A stretch of DNA of 64,000 bases from Iphione sp. A-MEVVRFRX5 (taxonomy: Eukaryota). The position numbers were made by a program, and so were the translations under genes. The notes under the pieces were generated by a model. That model made no database searches and had not been told where the DNA came from. It saw only the letters and a program-made list of their open reading frames with translations. Shown here piece after piece: positions 1 through 13,056 of the stretch. Positions within the stretch are counted from its first letter, which is position 1. Each line of letters opens with the position of its first letter. The DNA lies in contig OZ320319.1 of assembly GCA_976226885.1 (NCBI GenBank), positions 38,130,001 to 38,194,000 of the forward strand, written 5' to 3'.

Positions 1-2065
1 ATTCCACAGAGCTCCATACTAACTGCTGCGGGGAAAAGACTGTTTCTTTTATTCGCCAGAGGATGTGTCTTCATGAATCAACCTCTATTGAGCTTACGTT
101 TCTGTGCAAGCAAGCCTATGGTATCAGTACTTAGCTTATTTTTAAGTAGGCTTTCATCAGTGCTAAACGTTGGCGTTATTCATAAAGAGGTAATTTCTGC
201 TGTAGGAATCGACGAGTATCGTCAACAGAGCGCTCGTACATATTCGATTCGACTGACGCCCGAAACGCTGTAGCTTTGTGGGCACTCAGGTGGCAATACT
301 ATATCAAGAAGCTAGATTGTTATTACGCTACCTGTTTACCCGCAGCAAAGACTAATATCTCTCACTTAATAGGAATCAAATCCATTGCTGTTTCATGTAG
401 AAAAGAACGAACGAATAGAAGGTAGCATCAAATGATCGATATAACCGAAAAGTCCCTGTAACATCCAACTTTGGCTTCATGCACCTGCTACAGTGAGATC
501 GAAAGTGCACAGGGTACATTTTATTCAATTCGATCACAGTAAGAGCAGCCTTTACCTCTTTGACTAACTATTGGTGTGCTGTTCCCAATAACAGTATTAT
601 GTCTCATTTGCCAGACAGGACTCTGCGAATTATTTACTCGTTTATCATAAGTAAGAACTGGTATCTAAGTTTCAGTCATGCTTTCATTGGCATACTCTGT
701 CATTTTCCTACCCTAGCAGTAGAGGGCATGACCAAATCCAACAATTTCCTTCTAATAATGGCAATAAGTTCCTTCATTCGATATTGGTGTTCTGAGAATT
801 TTGAGCTGGAAATAGCAAAATTCAAAATGACATCTGATGAAGCCCATATTCATTTTGATATATCTGTGCTTTATGCGAACAGGACCGTACAATACAACCT
901 ACAGGTACTTTATCCTTTCTTATAATACCCGTTGCTCTGGAATGCGACAGCAGCAAAGGTAAGCCCCTCGCGCCATCCGTCATTCCCTCAGCAGTGTGAA
1001 AGGTATTTGGCATCGCGCCAGCTGACAGTGTCCTCACCAACCAACGTTTGGTGGAGCTGTATCCTCGTTAGCTCTCGCTGCAGATCTCGTTATGACGAGA
1101 ATAGTCCTGAACCACCACGACACCTGTACACAATAGGCTCTTCCCAGATTGGCTGCTATTGGTCTAAAGGTCAGAGGTCAAAATCTGACAAAATAGAGGA
1201 CAACGTAGTGGTCATTTAGTTACATGCAGCGAAAGACGACGGACAGGAAAATAACTGCTCAATTGCACTCCAAACTGGTCATTGAAAGATGTATAAAAAA
1301 TACATTTATATTCAAAAGAACAAGTTGGAAATACTATATATCGCTCTTAGACTTCGGTGACTAAATGCCATTTTGTTGAAATAATGACAAGTGTTATACC
1401 TTCAAACATGATGTTTTCAGAAAAATACTGGCTTTTATGATGTGATATTCTTATCATCGAGCGATACAAAATGACTTGACCGGAGCGATAAACTAATTCA
1501 AACACAGATCAATACGTCTGCTCGTGATATATAAGATCTCGCTGTTACACACATTTCCGTCCGGTCTTTTAACTGCATCTTAAATATTTAGAAAATTGTA
1601 CATGTATTCCGACGTATCGAACGTTGTAATTCATTTTCATAAAATGCATTCCACAACATCACTCTTTTTCCTGCACCACATAGCCGAGGACTATGTGAGA
1701 TGCTCTACGGATATGTCTGATACCCCATTAAGGAAGAAGTAGTGAAAAAGATGTGGTAATTGATTCGATAAGATATCACCACTTCTTCCGGATAGCCCCT
1801 GCAAGTGGAGGTTCGCATATGCATTTGTCACTTGCGTCTGGCCCGCTCGGGGACCCAATTCAGTCCACCTGGCGGTGATCCGATGAACTATGGATCACGT
1901 GACCTCAATCGGCCGCGGCCGCCTGGCGGCGATTGGTGCGGGTAATTAGCGAGGCAGTAACAACGTGCCGAAGGCTAGTGAAAAGGATTAGTCGACTTAG
2001 GCTGCTGTCATCTCTCTGACAGCATGGCGGAGGCTGACCAGGATAGAAGCCCCAAACAGCTACCA

Positions 2066-2090
2066 ATATATATATATATATATATATATA
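2066..2090. repeat. (AT)12 microsatellite
   Basis: Direct read. Confidence 0.95.
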
Positions 2091-2596
2091 CATTGAGCCC
2101 ACATTGAAGTTATCGAACGATTGCCTCAACTCACGTTTTATGCATATCTTTACTTCTTCACCTTCCTAACTGTTTACCTGTTAATGTGTGTGGCACGGGT
2201 CGATATTGGCATTCAGGCGAAAAGTGCCATCAAATGAGCAAAATGTTTTTGTCAAAAGTGAGGTTTCTTATTGAATTTTATTTATTCATAAGAAGGAATT
2301 AAAGTACAGTAGGTTTTATTTGAGTGCATCTAAAAAAGCGTTCTTATAGAAATGCATGACATGTGGATGAGGAGAGGGACCCATGAAAGTGCCATGACGC
2401 TGAAGCATTCAATGTACATGCAGTTTGATTCAGTTTAAACGCAGATTGTTCCTTAATGGACCCATAAAGAGGCACTGCATGCAGTTATGCCTTTCATAAT
2501 ATAAATGAAGTTTTGACTGATCTTTGAAGTATATGAAACATTTAGGCAAAAATATTTTCCTTTTCAGTTCCCAAAAGAGACTACATGTGTACTAAC

Positions 2597-2663
2597 CTTC
2601 AGATGTAACAGAACGTTCGCCGGCACGTGTAGTCCAACAGTACTCGACATCCGTCGGTAAATC
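2597..2663 (-). CDS. PDE1: PDE1 internal exon, 67 nt, (K)IYRRMSSTVGLHVPANVLLHLK
   Basis: Acceptor ttttcattggattctcag|G and donor AAG|gttagt; phase 2 to 0. Continues exon 7072-6890 in frame and resembles mammalian PDE1 MYRRTSNMVGLSYPPAVIEALK. Confidence 0.93.
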
Positions 2664-5269
2664 CTGAGAATCCAATGAAAAGATAACAATCAGGACGATT
2701 CAAATATATTTTACCTTGATAAGAGGGACAATAAAATGCTCGTTTTTTTTAATCATCGCCTTCTTCATATATTTACATGCCATCCTACTTTGTATTAATG
2801 TGAGCCTATGTTTATGCCTTTGTAATGCCTACTATGAACTTAAAGAAAGACCTACTAAATGTATATACACACAGGGATGACATACGCTGTATACTAATGC
2901 ACCTATAATTGGGTATATAAGGCCCAGTCTCTATTGACTTCCAGAATTGATTATAATTAAGCGCTATATATGCATCGTATGGTTGCTATTGTATCGAGAT
3001 GCAGGAAACAGAAAATATGTTTACTTTGGGGGTCTTTTTTTCAGTATCACGGGACAAAGCGTAAGAGCTACGTACAATGTACATGTATAGGTATGTTTAT
3101 GTACAGTAACCCTTTGATATTCCAACATGCCTTGGTTCTAATTAATTATGCCTACAATAACGAGGGGTTGGAATAACAAGGGATTTGTATTTAACAACAT
3201 CATTCTGTTCAAGTTAAACTTGTTTGGAATAGTGAGGTTACTAGAATAGTGAGGTGTTCGAAAAGGAGTGGTTCCTCTACATATTGTACAACCTACAGCT
3301 GGCTCTTCAAATTTATCTTAAAAGGTATATTTAGCAACACGATGTACTGGTTCTTTAAAACTATGAACACCAATAATAAATGATAATTGATAAATTGGCG
3401 GATAAGAATTCATATGTCTTGTACTGATATAAATAAACGTAGAACTTCCCCCAAAGCCTAATTTCCATGTGCACATCTTGGTGTCTAGCATGTTTCAGCA
3501 CTGTGGAGCACCATATAGAGTTTATACCCTGTTTTCAACTAATTCAGTAGTGCTGACGTAACAGGCAGCCTTCTATCACCCTGGTGCATTAGCATTGTTT
3601 CCCTAAAAATATGCCAACACATCCACAAAATCAAGGCAGAACGATATTTTTCCGGTTCTAAAAACACAGCAATACGCTCATGAAAACAGGGTTCACCGTA
3701 CATGCACGCATGGATTCAGTCTTGGTGAAAGCCAATATATCAAAAAGCATGTTGAAAACAAGTCAATAGTCCTGCGAAAACACTGGCACGTGTCATTTAA
3801 GCCTTAAATGCCCATACTACTCTAATTAACAACATACTCAAAGGTGAAGAATCTGCTCAACTCGACTCTTGCAGCTGGCATCATCTTTCCTGTATGGTCG
3901 CGCTAGCTTTGGCTGGCAAGTTCGTAGTAGCTGGTCATCAAAGGGACAGCGGGTCAATTGTTACCTACCGCAGGCTTTTTGGCTCGTGTCTAATATATTC
4001 GTGGGCCTCCCTCACGTCACCTTAGGCGCACTCTCCTCCTGTTCCCCAAAAGACACCTCAAACAGGAGAGCTGCCGCCCGCCCGGCCTTCATTAGCTTCC
4101 CAAACTCTGATTAGTTTTGTAATTAGTGTATTGAAATGGGATCATTAGCATTTGCCAATGTGCCATTTGAAGTTTTATAGTCACCATTACACTGGCGCCT
4201 CTGCAAGTATGAGCTCTGTTAACGCTCTGATCGCGAGGAAAGTCAACCACGACGGATTATTTGTCAAGGCCATCGGGTTTGTTTTCTAGAAGCAGCCTCC
4301 GTCAGTGCATAGTTGTCAAAGTCTACGGCAACAGCAAAGGATGTTTTTTTCCCTCCGACAATAACTCGGACACAGAATATTGCTGACGTACACGTTACAT
4401 TTCAGCCATTGCTCTATTTCATCCAGAAATGCTGCGGCCGTTTCTTGCAGTAATGAAACTGGAGCATGTTTTCGATAAGAAAAGGAAAAAAATGAGAAAT
4501 TATCTTCAGATTTTATGTGTTAATGCCGTCTTGCCTGATAACCAATTAAAGCATCACGGAAAAACGGTATAGTTATTTGTCAGTAAGCAAGGGAGGCTCT
4601 TCCATGACGTCTGCATTTGGCAGGATGCCAGATACGTTCTTCAGGCGATGATGCCTGATTCCTAACTTGGCTGCCAGGTGATTCGGCTTCTTCCTAACTC
4701 TGATTCTCCGCCAAACCAGCCCACACTATTACCCTTCGATAGAAGCAGATTGCCCTCAGATAGCGCCCTTGGAAAGAAATAGCAATCTTCCGGTCACACC
4801 TATTATATCCGTCCTACCATCGTGGTAAACTGCCTTAGAAAAGAGGGTGCAGCTTTTCGCGCTAAAATGTGAAGATCCTCTGTGGTGTAGACTCTTAAAA
4901 AAAGATCACGTAACATTTCTTCCCGTAATGAGAGAACACGGGGAATTCATGAAGACCTAAAGGGCAGTGTTTTGGAAGCGATCATTCGAGGAATCAACAG
5001 AATTGGAGGGGAAAACGTTTACGTAAGATTAATGCCCATAATCTTCAAAGAAACTTTCTCCACTCTAACGATCTCCAAACAGCCGATCCTCCAACAATAA
5101 TAACAGAATTTCGAAAGTTCTGTACCGCTGTGTGGCTTTGAATACATTGTGAACTATTCGCTGGGCAGCCCTCGATTGGCGTGGCCTTTGTAAAGGAGAG
5201 GCGGTGGTTCCCTTCAACGGTCAATCCTTGCATCGATTGCCCCACTCCCATCTAATAACATCACGTGAC

Positions 5270-5364
5270 CTGCTCGACTCATCATTGTGGGATAAGACGT
5301 TTGGAATGCATTGGAGAGCTGAGCGGAAGTGACGTATATGAAAGAGACGAAATAGCGTTACCAT
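5270..5364 (-). CDS. Candidate alternative first exon, MVTLFRLFHIRHFRSALQCIPNVLSHNDESSR|
   Basis: ATG inside an X-box, open to a weak phase-2 donor AG|gtcacg that would fit acceptor 2663. Confidence 0.15.
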
Positions 5365-5370
5365 GGGGAC
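5357..5370. promoter_or_regulatory. RFX X-box motif
   Basis: Minus strand GTCCCCATGGTAAC is an exact fit to GTYNCC-AT-RGNAAC. An ETS-CRE-like motif (5324-5335) and an E-box (5260-5269) lie nearby. Confidence 0.55.
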
Positions 5371-6889
5371 GCTGTTGAGGGGGGCGGGGGGCCGGGAGAG
5401 GAAGAACTACGAGTACCTGGGACGGGCAGGACGCCATCGGAGAGGTATGCAACAAAACTGAGTGATTTATGTGATTATCCTGTCAAAGGACGGGGCCGCA
5501 TGCACAGGGACAAAGGTAATTGGGCCGGCCCGCCATCCTGGAGCTGTTGTCGCGCATGGCCAACGTCAACGGCGCTGACCAACATAACGGCTAAGCAGAT
5601 CTATCTCGCTTTAGCAAAGCAAACTGAAAAAAATCGCAGGCCGGAAACCCGCGGCGGCGGTAGTAGTAAATGGCTGACGAGCCGTGGGAATGCCGAGAGG
5701 GAAGATGAAAGGCTCTAGACTTGGTCCGGCATCATGAGAGACTCAGAGAGCCACTATTGATTACCTCCGGTCACATAAAAGTTATTTGGCCTTCATGCTG
5801 CGCCATGTTCAGAAAACTGTGCACCTTCATCGGTCTTAAGACGGGGAAAATTGGGCGTGCTTTGCTGGACAATACGCGCGTGCCATTCCATTCATGAAAA
5901 CGGGCGTCAGTGATTCGATGTTTTATGCGAATGACAGTCGCTTTCCACGGACGAGCCCATTTGCAGCACGAGCTTGAAAACTAGCATGAATCGTGCTTCA
6001 TTGGATTTATCATTCGTCTATAGAGGAGCTAAATATATTTCCTTAGGACCTGCGCTGAGATCAATTGTCTTCGTATTAAAAAGGACTAAGTTATACTTTC
6101 GGTAACTCATTACAGAGATGTTATCCTTTGCACTTATTGAAATGAAGAATATTTGAAGGTGGTTCTTTAAATAATGCATAATGACAGGTTCAGTGTCCTT
6201 AGCACCTAGTTAAGAGAAACGTGAAAAGAAACCCCATAATATAAAGGGATCATTCTCTACAAGCCAGCATTAGCGTTAGATCAAACAAACAGATAGACTG
6301 ATACTGTTGTTGAATATAAAGAGTTGGTAATTGTTTAGTCCTGTAAGCATTTTTCCAGCATCTATCTGAATTATTTAATAAAACAAACAGAGCACTGAAG
6401 GAGAGTGTCTGATAGATTGCTTACAGAGACTCGAGAAATGAATACTAAAGTGTAAAAGTAAATGCTGCCTGAATAGAGGCCTACTGGGACACACTTAGAA
6501 TCGCTCCTCCTGAATCAAGGAAGCCGTAGAACACCCCTTCATCCGCCATTATGCACGACACTCTTGATTAGCGAAAATCGATCCTCCAATTTGCATTTTG
6601 CTACTCCCGATGGAGGCCAACCTTATGCATGTTGAAGAGTAGGTTAGATTATGTCTACACGGTCTACTGTGAATTGCAATCGTTTTATCTTCGGACGGCG
6701 AAGGTTTTGGGGCATTAAACTTGCGGCCCCTGTTAGATTTATTGACGTAAGAATGTTTTTTAGAAGACGATGTCGAAAAATGACTCACCGTTTTGGTACA
6801 GTATAGACTAATACTGAAGAAAACTTCGTCATTGTATAGTGATTCAAAGTTGAAGATATTTTAGGATGTTATATGGAGAGTTTACTTAC

Positions 6890-7072
6890 TTATCGACCAT
6901 AATGCCAGCGCGTATGGCGTTGGCCACGCTGCGGAACTTTGGCTTGTCATCGCCTCGCCGTTTGATGTTGGACATAGAACGGGTGAAGGTGAGCGCCAGC
7001 CAGTCGCGAACTTCGCTTGGCACGGCGTCCGGCTCCACCTCGGACAACTCATCCTCCTCGTCACACAGCCGC
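6890..7072 (-). CDS. PDE1: PDE1 internal exon, 183 nt, RLCDEEDELSEV...KPKFRSVANAIRAGIMVDK (autoinhibitory segment plus second CaM-binding region)
   Basis: Acceptor ttttccccctttgcag|G and donor AA|gtaagt; phase 2-2. Strong match to PDE1 RLLDTEDELSDIQSDAVPSEVRDWLASTFTR..KPKFRSIVHAVQAGIFVER. This frame is absent from the ORF track. Confidence 0.96.
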
Positions 7073-10000
7073 CTGCAAAGGGGGAAAATAAGAATCCAGA
7101 ATGAGCAGGGAAGGTGGAAGAGTATGAGTGGAGAGACACCCTGAGCTGCAAAATAGAGATCCTAAAGAGAACAAAATTTGACGTCCGTGAGTCTATTTCC
7201 CACAGAGCTTTCAGTAATGCACGGGGAGATTGAAGGCGAGTGTAATAAAATGTGAGGTATGTGCCGTAATGACGGCAAGAAAAAAACTTACATTCGGCAG
7301 GGCAAACAGGTCAATACATTTCAACAACACATTCGTAAAAGTAAAAAAATTACACTGACTCGAATGTGTTTTCCTGAAAAAAAAGAACTTTATGCATACT
7401 TATATATGTACTACAATTGCACAAAATGAATATCAAAAGGAAGAGATCGATCCATAGAATCTGTATCAGGCCTTAAACCCACAGATAAATATACAATGTA
7501 GCAAGCTGAAACACACAACATGCCGTACGAAGCCATTTCCTCCCTCAAATTCATCAATATGAAATCCTCAGTAAAATATGAGAATAGAAATGGCACGTTT
7601 TGCCAAGTTTTTGTTCGCTCTGTAAAATGACAAATGATCAATATCAGTGGTAACATGTGCGCCAGAGTACCGTCCGAAGCCTTGCAGTCAACACAATAAA
7701 GGGCGCCGAGTCTAAAACAGCTGCTATCCACAGGGGACCTAGTTTGGAGTAAAGAGATAGTAAAAAGTCAGTGAACTTAGAGAAAAAGAATGTCACAGTC
7801 ACGCATATGAAAACCAATAGAAAAAGGCACGCCAAACGTTGTTTGTCGCGTTATCTTGTGCATCGATGAAAAGGAAAGCCACATGGTTTGTATTGGTTGT
7901 TAGTCTTTGTTGGTTAGTTTGCGACTTGCGATTACCATATAATCTGGATCTCCTGCTGGTAACCGTTGTGATAGACTATGTTACATAAGCCAAGAAGAGC
8001 TCTAGAGAGAGTGGTTCTGAACAAAACAACCTGCAGCTAAAGTAGGTGGTTCCCGTCCATGCCTTCGGGTATGTGTGTATATATACAACGTACATGTACA
8101 TGTACATGTATATGATCTCTGTCGTTTTACGAGGGTTTTGTAAGAAGACGAGACTGGAGATAAAGCCCCTTTTGTAAAGAGCATCTGCCGCAGTTCAAGA
8201 TACAAAACCAACCAAAAACTCATCAGCTCATGAGCGCTTGCAATTCTAGAAATTACAAATAAATATATGACGAAAAAAGTAGCCCTACAAGAGATAATAT
8301 GCCAAAAACCCAACCCCTACCCCCACCCACCCCATAAAGGAAATACAGCTCTCGGGACTCAAAATCCACGGTCATGAGCCGAGGTCGGTAAACCCTGTGC
8401 TCTACGAGGCCAACCCCGCAAGCTATCTCGTGTGAGGAACCGACCCAGCACAAGATCGAGGTGGCACGCCTAGATCAACAATAACGTGGCCGAGTCGCCA
8501 GGCGGCGCAGTGCGGTCGACGAGAGGCCGCTAGGGGACGTCCGCTCGCATCTGCTTGCTTGGTTCCCACAGGGCCTGCAAGCGTAATTACAAATAAATCC
8601 CGCCATCATTCTCAGCTACTTGTGGATGAACTGATTGGGCTCCTGCTCCGTCATATTTTTTTCTGCCGTGCTCGGGGGACAGGAGACTCTCTTTTTTTCA
8701 ACCGTAGGGTGGTTATCAGTCGACATCGTTTTGATGCCCGGGAAACGCCACCGATGAACGCACACTTACGACAGTCTATGGCGTGTAGCCTAGGGAATTC
8801 GAGCTACGAAGGCTCATAGGTTCATCCTAGTCTGAAGAGAGTTCAAAATAATATCAACCAATCGGTAGTGTTGCGGTTTCTTTGTAAGGGTAGCTCAGAT
8901 TCTTATGAAACGGTCAATTGTTTGAAATCAATGTGTGTCAGCCTTGCTTTGTTTTTAAAAGCGAGGGGCTCTAATTGTACGAAGGATGCAGATGATCTTC
9001 CTTGTATATTTCCTAAAGGGTGGACATTCTACCCAAATTTCAGAATATATCGCATCCTCGCATGTGGTTACAAACACGTTGCTTCTTTTTGCAGGCTTGG
9101 TGTCACTGCTCATACCTTCCGGCAAACGATCGTATGGTAAGACAATTTCTACTAATAAATCATATGAACTAATGCAGTTCGTAATATCTTGAAAGATGGC
9201 CCTTCACTTTTGCTCTGGAAAAATGATTATTAATGTTCAGATACCCTCCGAATTCCACAAAGGTCTTAGTCAATCGCTAAATGAAGTGCCAGATGGTATA
9301 ATGCTAAACACATTTGAGAGTAAATGTTATTAAAGGCTTCACACAAGACCAGCTGTTATGATCCATCGGCCTGCCCCAGGCCTGATCGCCGTTTGTCACA
9401 TCTAAGCCTGAAAGCACTTCATATTCTGTGCTCATCATTGTCTTCGTATTAGAAGCAAGCAGCAGAATATGCGAAATGAAAGGACATTATGATTAAAAGT
9501 CATTTAGCAAGCCAAATCCTTCAAAATTCCTTTTTAATCGAGAAGCTTCTCCTAGTTTCAGAAGCTTTGTTAATAATGTAGCTAAAAATGACATATTAAC
9601 ATGAAATTCGTGACCAAATCCAGACAGGAAATGCCTCATTTAAGTTCACCGTTATTCCATTGTTCTGAAAATGGGCCATGCTTAAATTGATTGCAAAGGT
9701 TTTTTTTCACATGGACATGTAACAATGTTTCTAAAGAAAGTAATGCCATTGTATCTCCATGTCTGTAGGTCTATATGCCTTGAGAATTTATTCCCAGTAG
9801 GCAATAACTGATCTAGTAGTGGTTGTGGCGGGTGGTCGGAGGAGGGGGGGGGCGGAGTGGCGGTCACCATCCTTGCCATCGCTGCTAGCGTGCAGCATCC
9901 TTGGAATGTCAATTAAGTGTGTGGCTCTTGCGGATCGAGGACAATTCCGCCGCCTCCAAACCCCACACGGAGCCACACTCGGCTTCCCTCTGCATACGAT

Positions 10001-11745
10001 CAGAAGTGCAGCCAGCCATCCTAGTGTAATAGGACGGCAGTGAGAAGACGGCAGTGAGGCCCGTGCTGCATGCCCTGCGGGTCGGTCAAAGTATGCATGC
10101 AGTTGCAAATTTATGGCTCTCTTCCATGATACTTGATGATAGATCCTCGTATAGACATGAGGGGGAAATAATATCCTGTGGGTATTGCAGACTGTATGGC
10201 AAGACTATTCGCGCCTGGACTCAGCTGAATACTGTGCGTGTCTTACTGACATCACTACATTGTGGCATGTGTCAAACGAGGCTTATCAACATAGACGCCG
10301 ACATTTGGCGCCAGTCCTCAAAATAAAGGACAACTACAAAAACCGACCGCTCAGAAGAGCACAAGGGAAGAGGGGAATATATAAAATTAGAAAAAAAAAC
10401 AACAAACCCTAAAGTGCAACATATGAAGGTTTCGAATGTTTGGGGGAAATACTAAATATATACACATATGAAACGAGCTAAACTATCGATCATTCATTAT
10501 CAACAAAGAAGCATTTCTGTTAAGAGGTGTTAATTTTAAAGAACAGCAGAGCAAGAGTCAGCGCTGCAGAAAACGCCACGTTTTCATATACTACTATCTG
10601 CTGTAAAGTTCCTTTTCCATATACTACTCCCCTGTCACAGACATTGGAAAGTATACGATTATCAAAGACCAACATGTCAATGTCAAAAACAGTCTATAGC
10701 TCGCAGGGAGTAACCTAGATAGATATATGAGTGTCCTGTGATCGTTTCTTTCTGTCTCATGGGGGTTTTCGCGTCAATAGATTATCTCGATATCCCGTGA
10801 CGAGTATGGTAGGCTGAGATGTATGGAGTAATAAAAAAAAATGATACAAATACAAAAACACGAAGTCCATCCTGTGAATGGGTAAGGATATTCGGTGTGC
10901 GATCTGAAATAGCACATGTGGGATAGGCCTGTATTCAGGGACAGCCAGCACTCATATAACTCCCGCCTTGTCTGGTTCGGGACCCATCTACCCTTCTTTT
11001 TTCCCCCAAAGAAGCAATATCAGCCAATCGAAACGCCACAGTCGGGTCACGTGGCAACGAATCGCCACTATATGACGGATGACCATTACTGGAAGTGAGT
11101 TCCAGTTCTGGAGCAAATAAATTGGGTAATCAACGTGTGACGAGCAAGTAATATTCTATAGGGCCGTTGTCGGCGACGCGACCGACCGGCAGCAGGCCCG
11201 ACATGCTAGGCCCGGAAAGAGAGAGAGAGGTAACTAGACGTTTGGAAAGGCAGGTTCGTGCAGGGGGTTAACTTCATTTCCTAGACGGACGTCCAAACTT
11301 TCGACACACGAAAGTCCTTTCGATGTATCGGTAAAATGTGTCACTTGGTCGTAAGGGAGGAAATGGCTGGAGCTCATGTGTTGGTCATTTTAACTAATCA
11401 TACGGAGCTGTACATACAAAGGATTATCACACATGAAGGATTTTCACGGTAACATAAAGTAGATGGGGAATATATAGAGCGGCAACCTTTTCAAATTAAA
11501 TTAAATTTCTCTTGATTCACCTCTCAGCGACCACAATGTCATAGAGATCGTCCAGTGAAATCAAGTATGGTGAGAAATTTATTTCAGGATACAGCCAATA
11601 TTCTAAAACCGAACGATCGCCTTTTCCGACAATTTTCTTCGGATTTCGGATAGTTCGGATTTCGAATTGTGGCCTAAGGCTACTTTTCAACATACTCTTA
11701 ATAGTGTAGGATATCACCAGAGTTATGACTGCAATGTTTCGGGAA

Positions 11746-11840
11746 TATTTGTCTGAAAATCGGCAAAATTTAGGTGAATTCGTCCGAAAATCGGCGAAAC
11801 CCAGGCGAATTTGTCCGAAAATCAGCATGACTCAGGCAAA
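11746..11840. repeat. Degenerate 31-bp tandem repeat, about 3 units
   Basis: gaaaatc(g/a)gc recurs at 11755, 11786 and 11817. Confidence 0.75.
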
Positions 11841-12910
11841 TTCAGGCAATTAATTTGATGATGTTAACAAAATTGATAGTTACAAAATCAGCTGGTTAAC
11901 AACTTAGAGGTAAAAGAACTTATATACAACCTTCGGACAACGAAATGCATAGATATATGTGTACAGTATGTACAACTATATGATATCAGGATGAATCTAC
12001 TCCATTGAATTCACATAGTTTTCTCCTTGCACCCTGCACAATGGTACATTCGATACTCGGCAAGTTGGATGCTCGGCTTGCCTTTTCATGTTAGCCTGAG
12101 GAATATCATCGATATGTTATTCCCGGTAATCCTCCGGGAAAAACCCCTAGGTCACTAGGCCCGTCGGAATGTCAAATGATTCCTGGTCAATACTGCACCC
12201 CGCCTGATAGACAAGTAGTTCCTTTGGCAGCATTGCTACGACAAAAGGGAAAGGTGTAGCCTTCTTAAAATACTGCAACGTGGAGCTCCGTTTCGTAAGA
12301 ACAATGATAAATATATGCAAGTTACAATGTTACTTTTTTACATAAATAAGCACCTTCACATACAGAAAACCCTCTAATGCGACCACTAGTATTGGTTCTG
12401 GAAAAAAATGCCCTTAACTCTGCCCACTTCGTCGAACTGCTCACAGGGTGAGCTGCTATTGTATGTTGCGTATAGACACAAACATATGGGTGTCGTGGCG
12501 TTGTAAGATAATATGAGATCTACACAGTCCTTTACATGAATAAACTGGAAATCTGGTAGCAAATGACGTGCTTCTGTGGAAGTTGCATGTGCATATGGTA
12601 CAAGATGTTTTGTCATATGCAAATAAGAACATGACTGTTAATGGTGAACGCGAATGTGCGTATATCTCAGTGATTCCTCTTCCTGAAGCTCATCGTAAAA
12701 CCTGATCTATTTTAGGCTCTGCGAGCACCTCGCACAGCCCTAACGATAGCGATCTACAGCGCCGACGGAACTGTGTTGTGGGAGGAATCAAATAAAGATT
12801 GATTCGGCGGTGTCAATGTAAATGGTTTCCCTCGAATCAAAGACGCCTGATGTTCTGTCTGAATGTGACCTAAAGACATTTGTTGGGAGTGCTGTTATTT
12901 CAGGATGCCT

Positions 12911-13056
12911 NNNNNNNNNNNNNNNNNNNNNNNNNNNNNNNNNNNNNNNNNNNNNNNNNNNNNNNNNNNNNNNNNNNNNNNNNNNNNNNNNNNNNNNNNN
13001 NNNNNNNNNNNNNNNNNNNNNNNNNNNNNNNNNNNNNNNNNNNNNNNNNNNNNNNN
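12911..13056. other. Assembly gap (146 N)
   Basis: Run of N. Confidence 1.

Noticed and set aside
1-2596. Next PDE1 exon (..D.WSFDVF..)
   Set aside because: No such peptide with splice sites was found by eye; it is presumed to lie beyond the window, although a divergent exon could have been missed.
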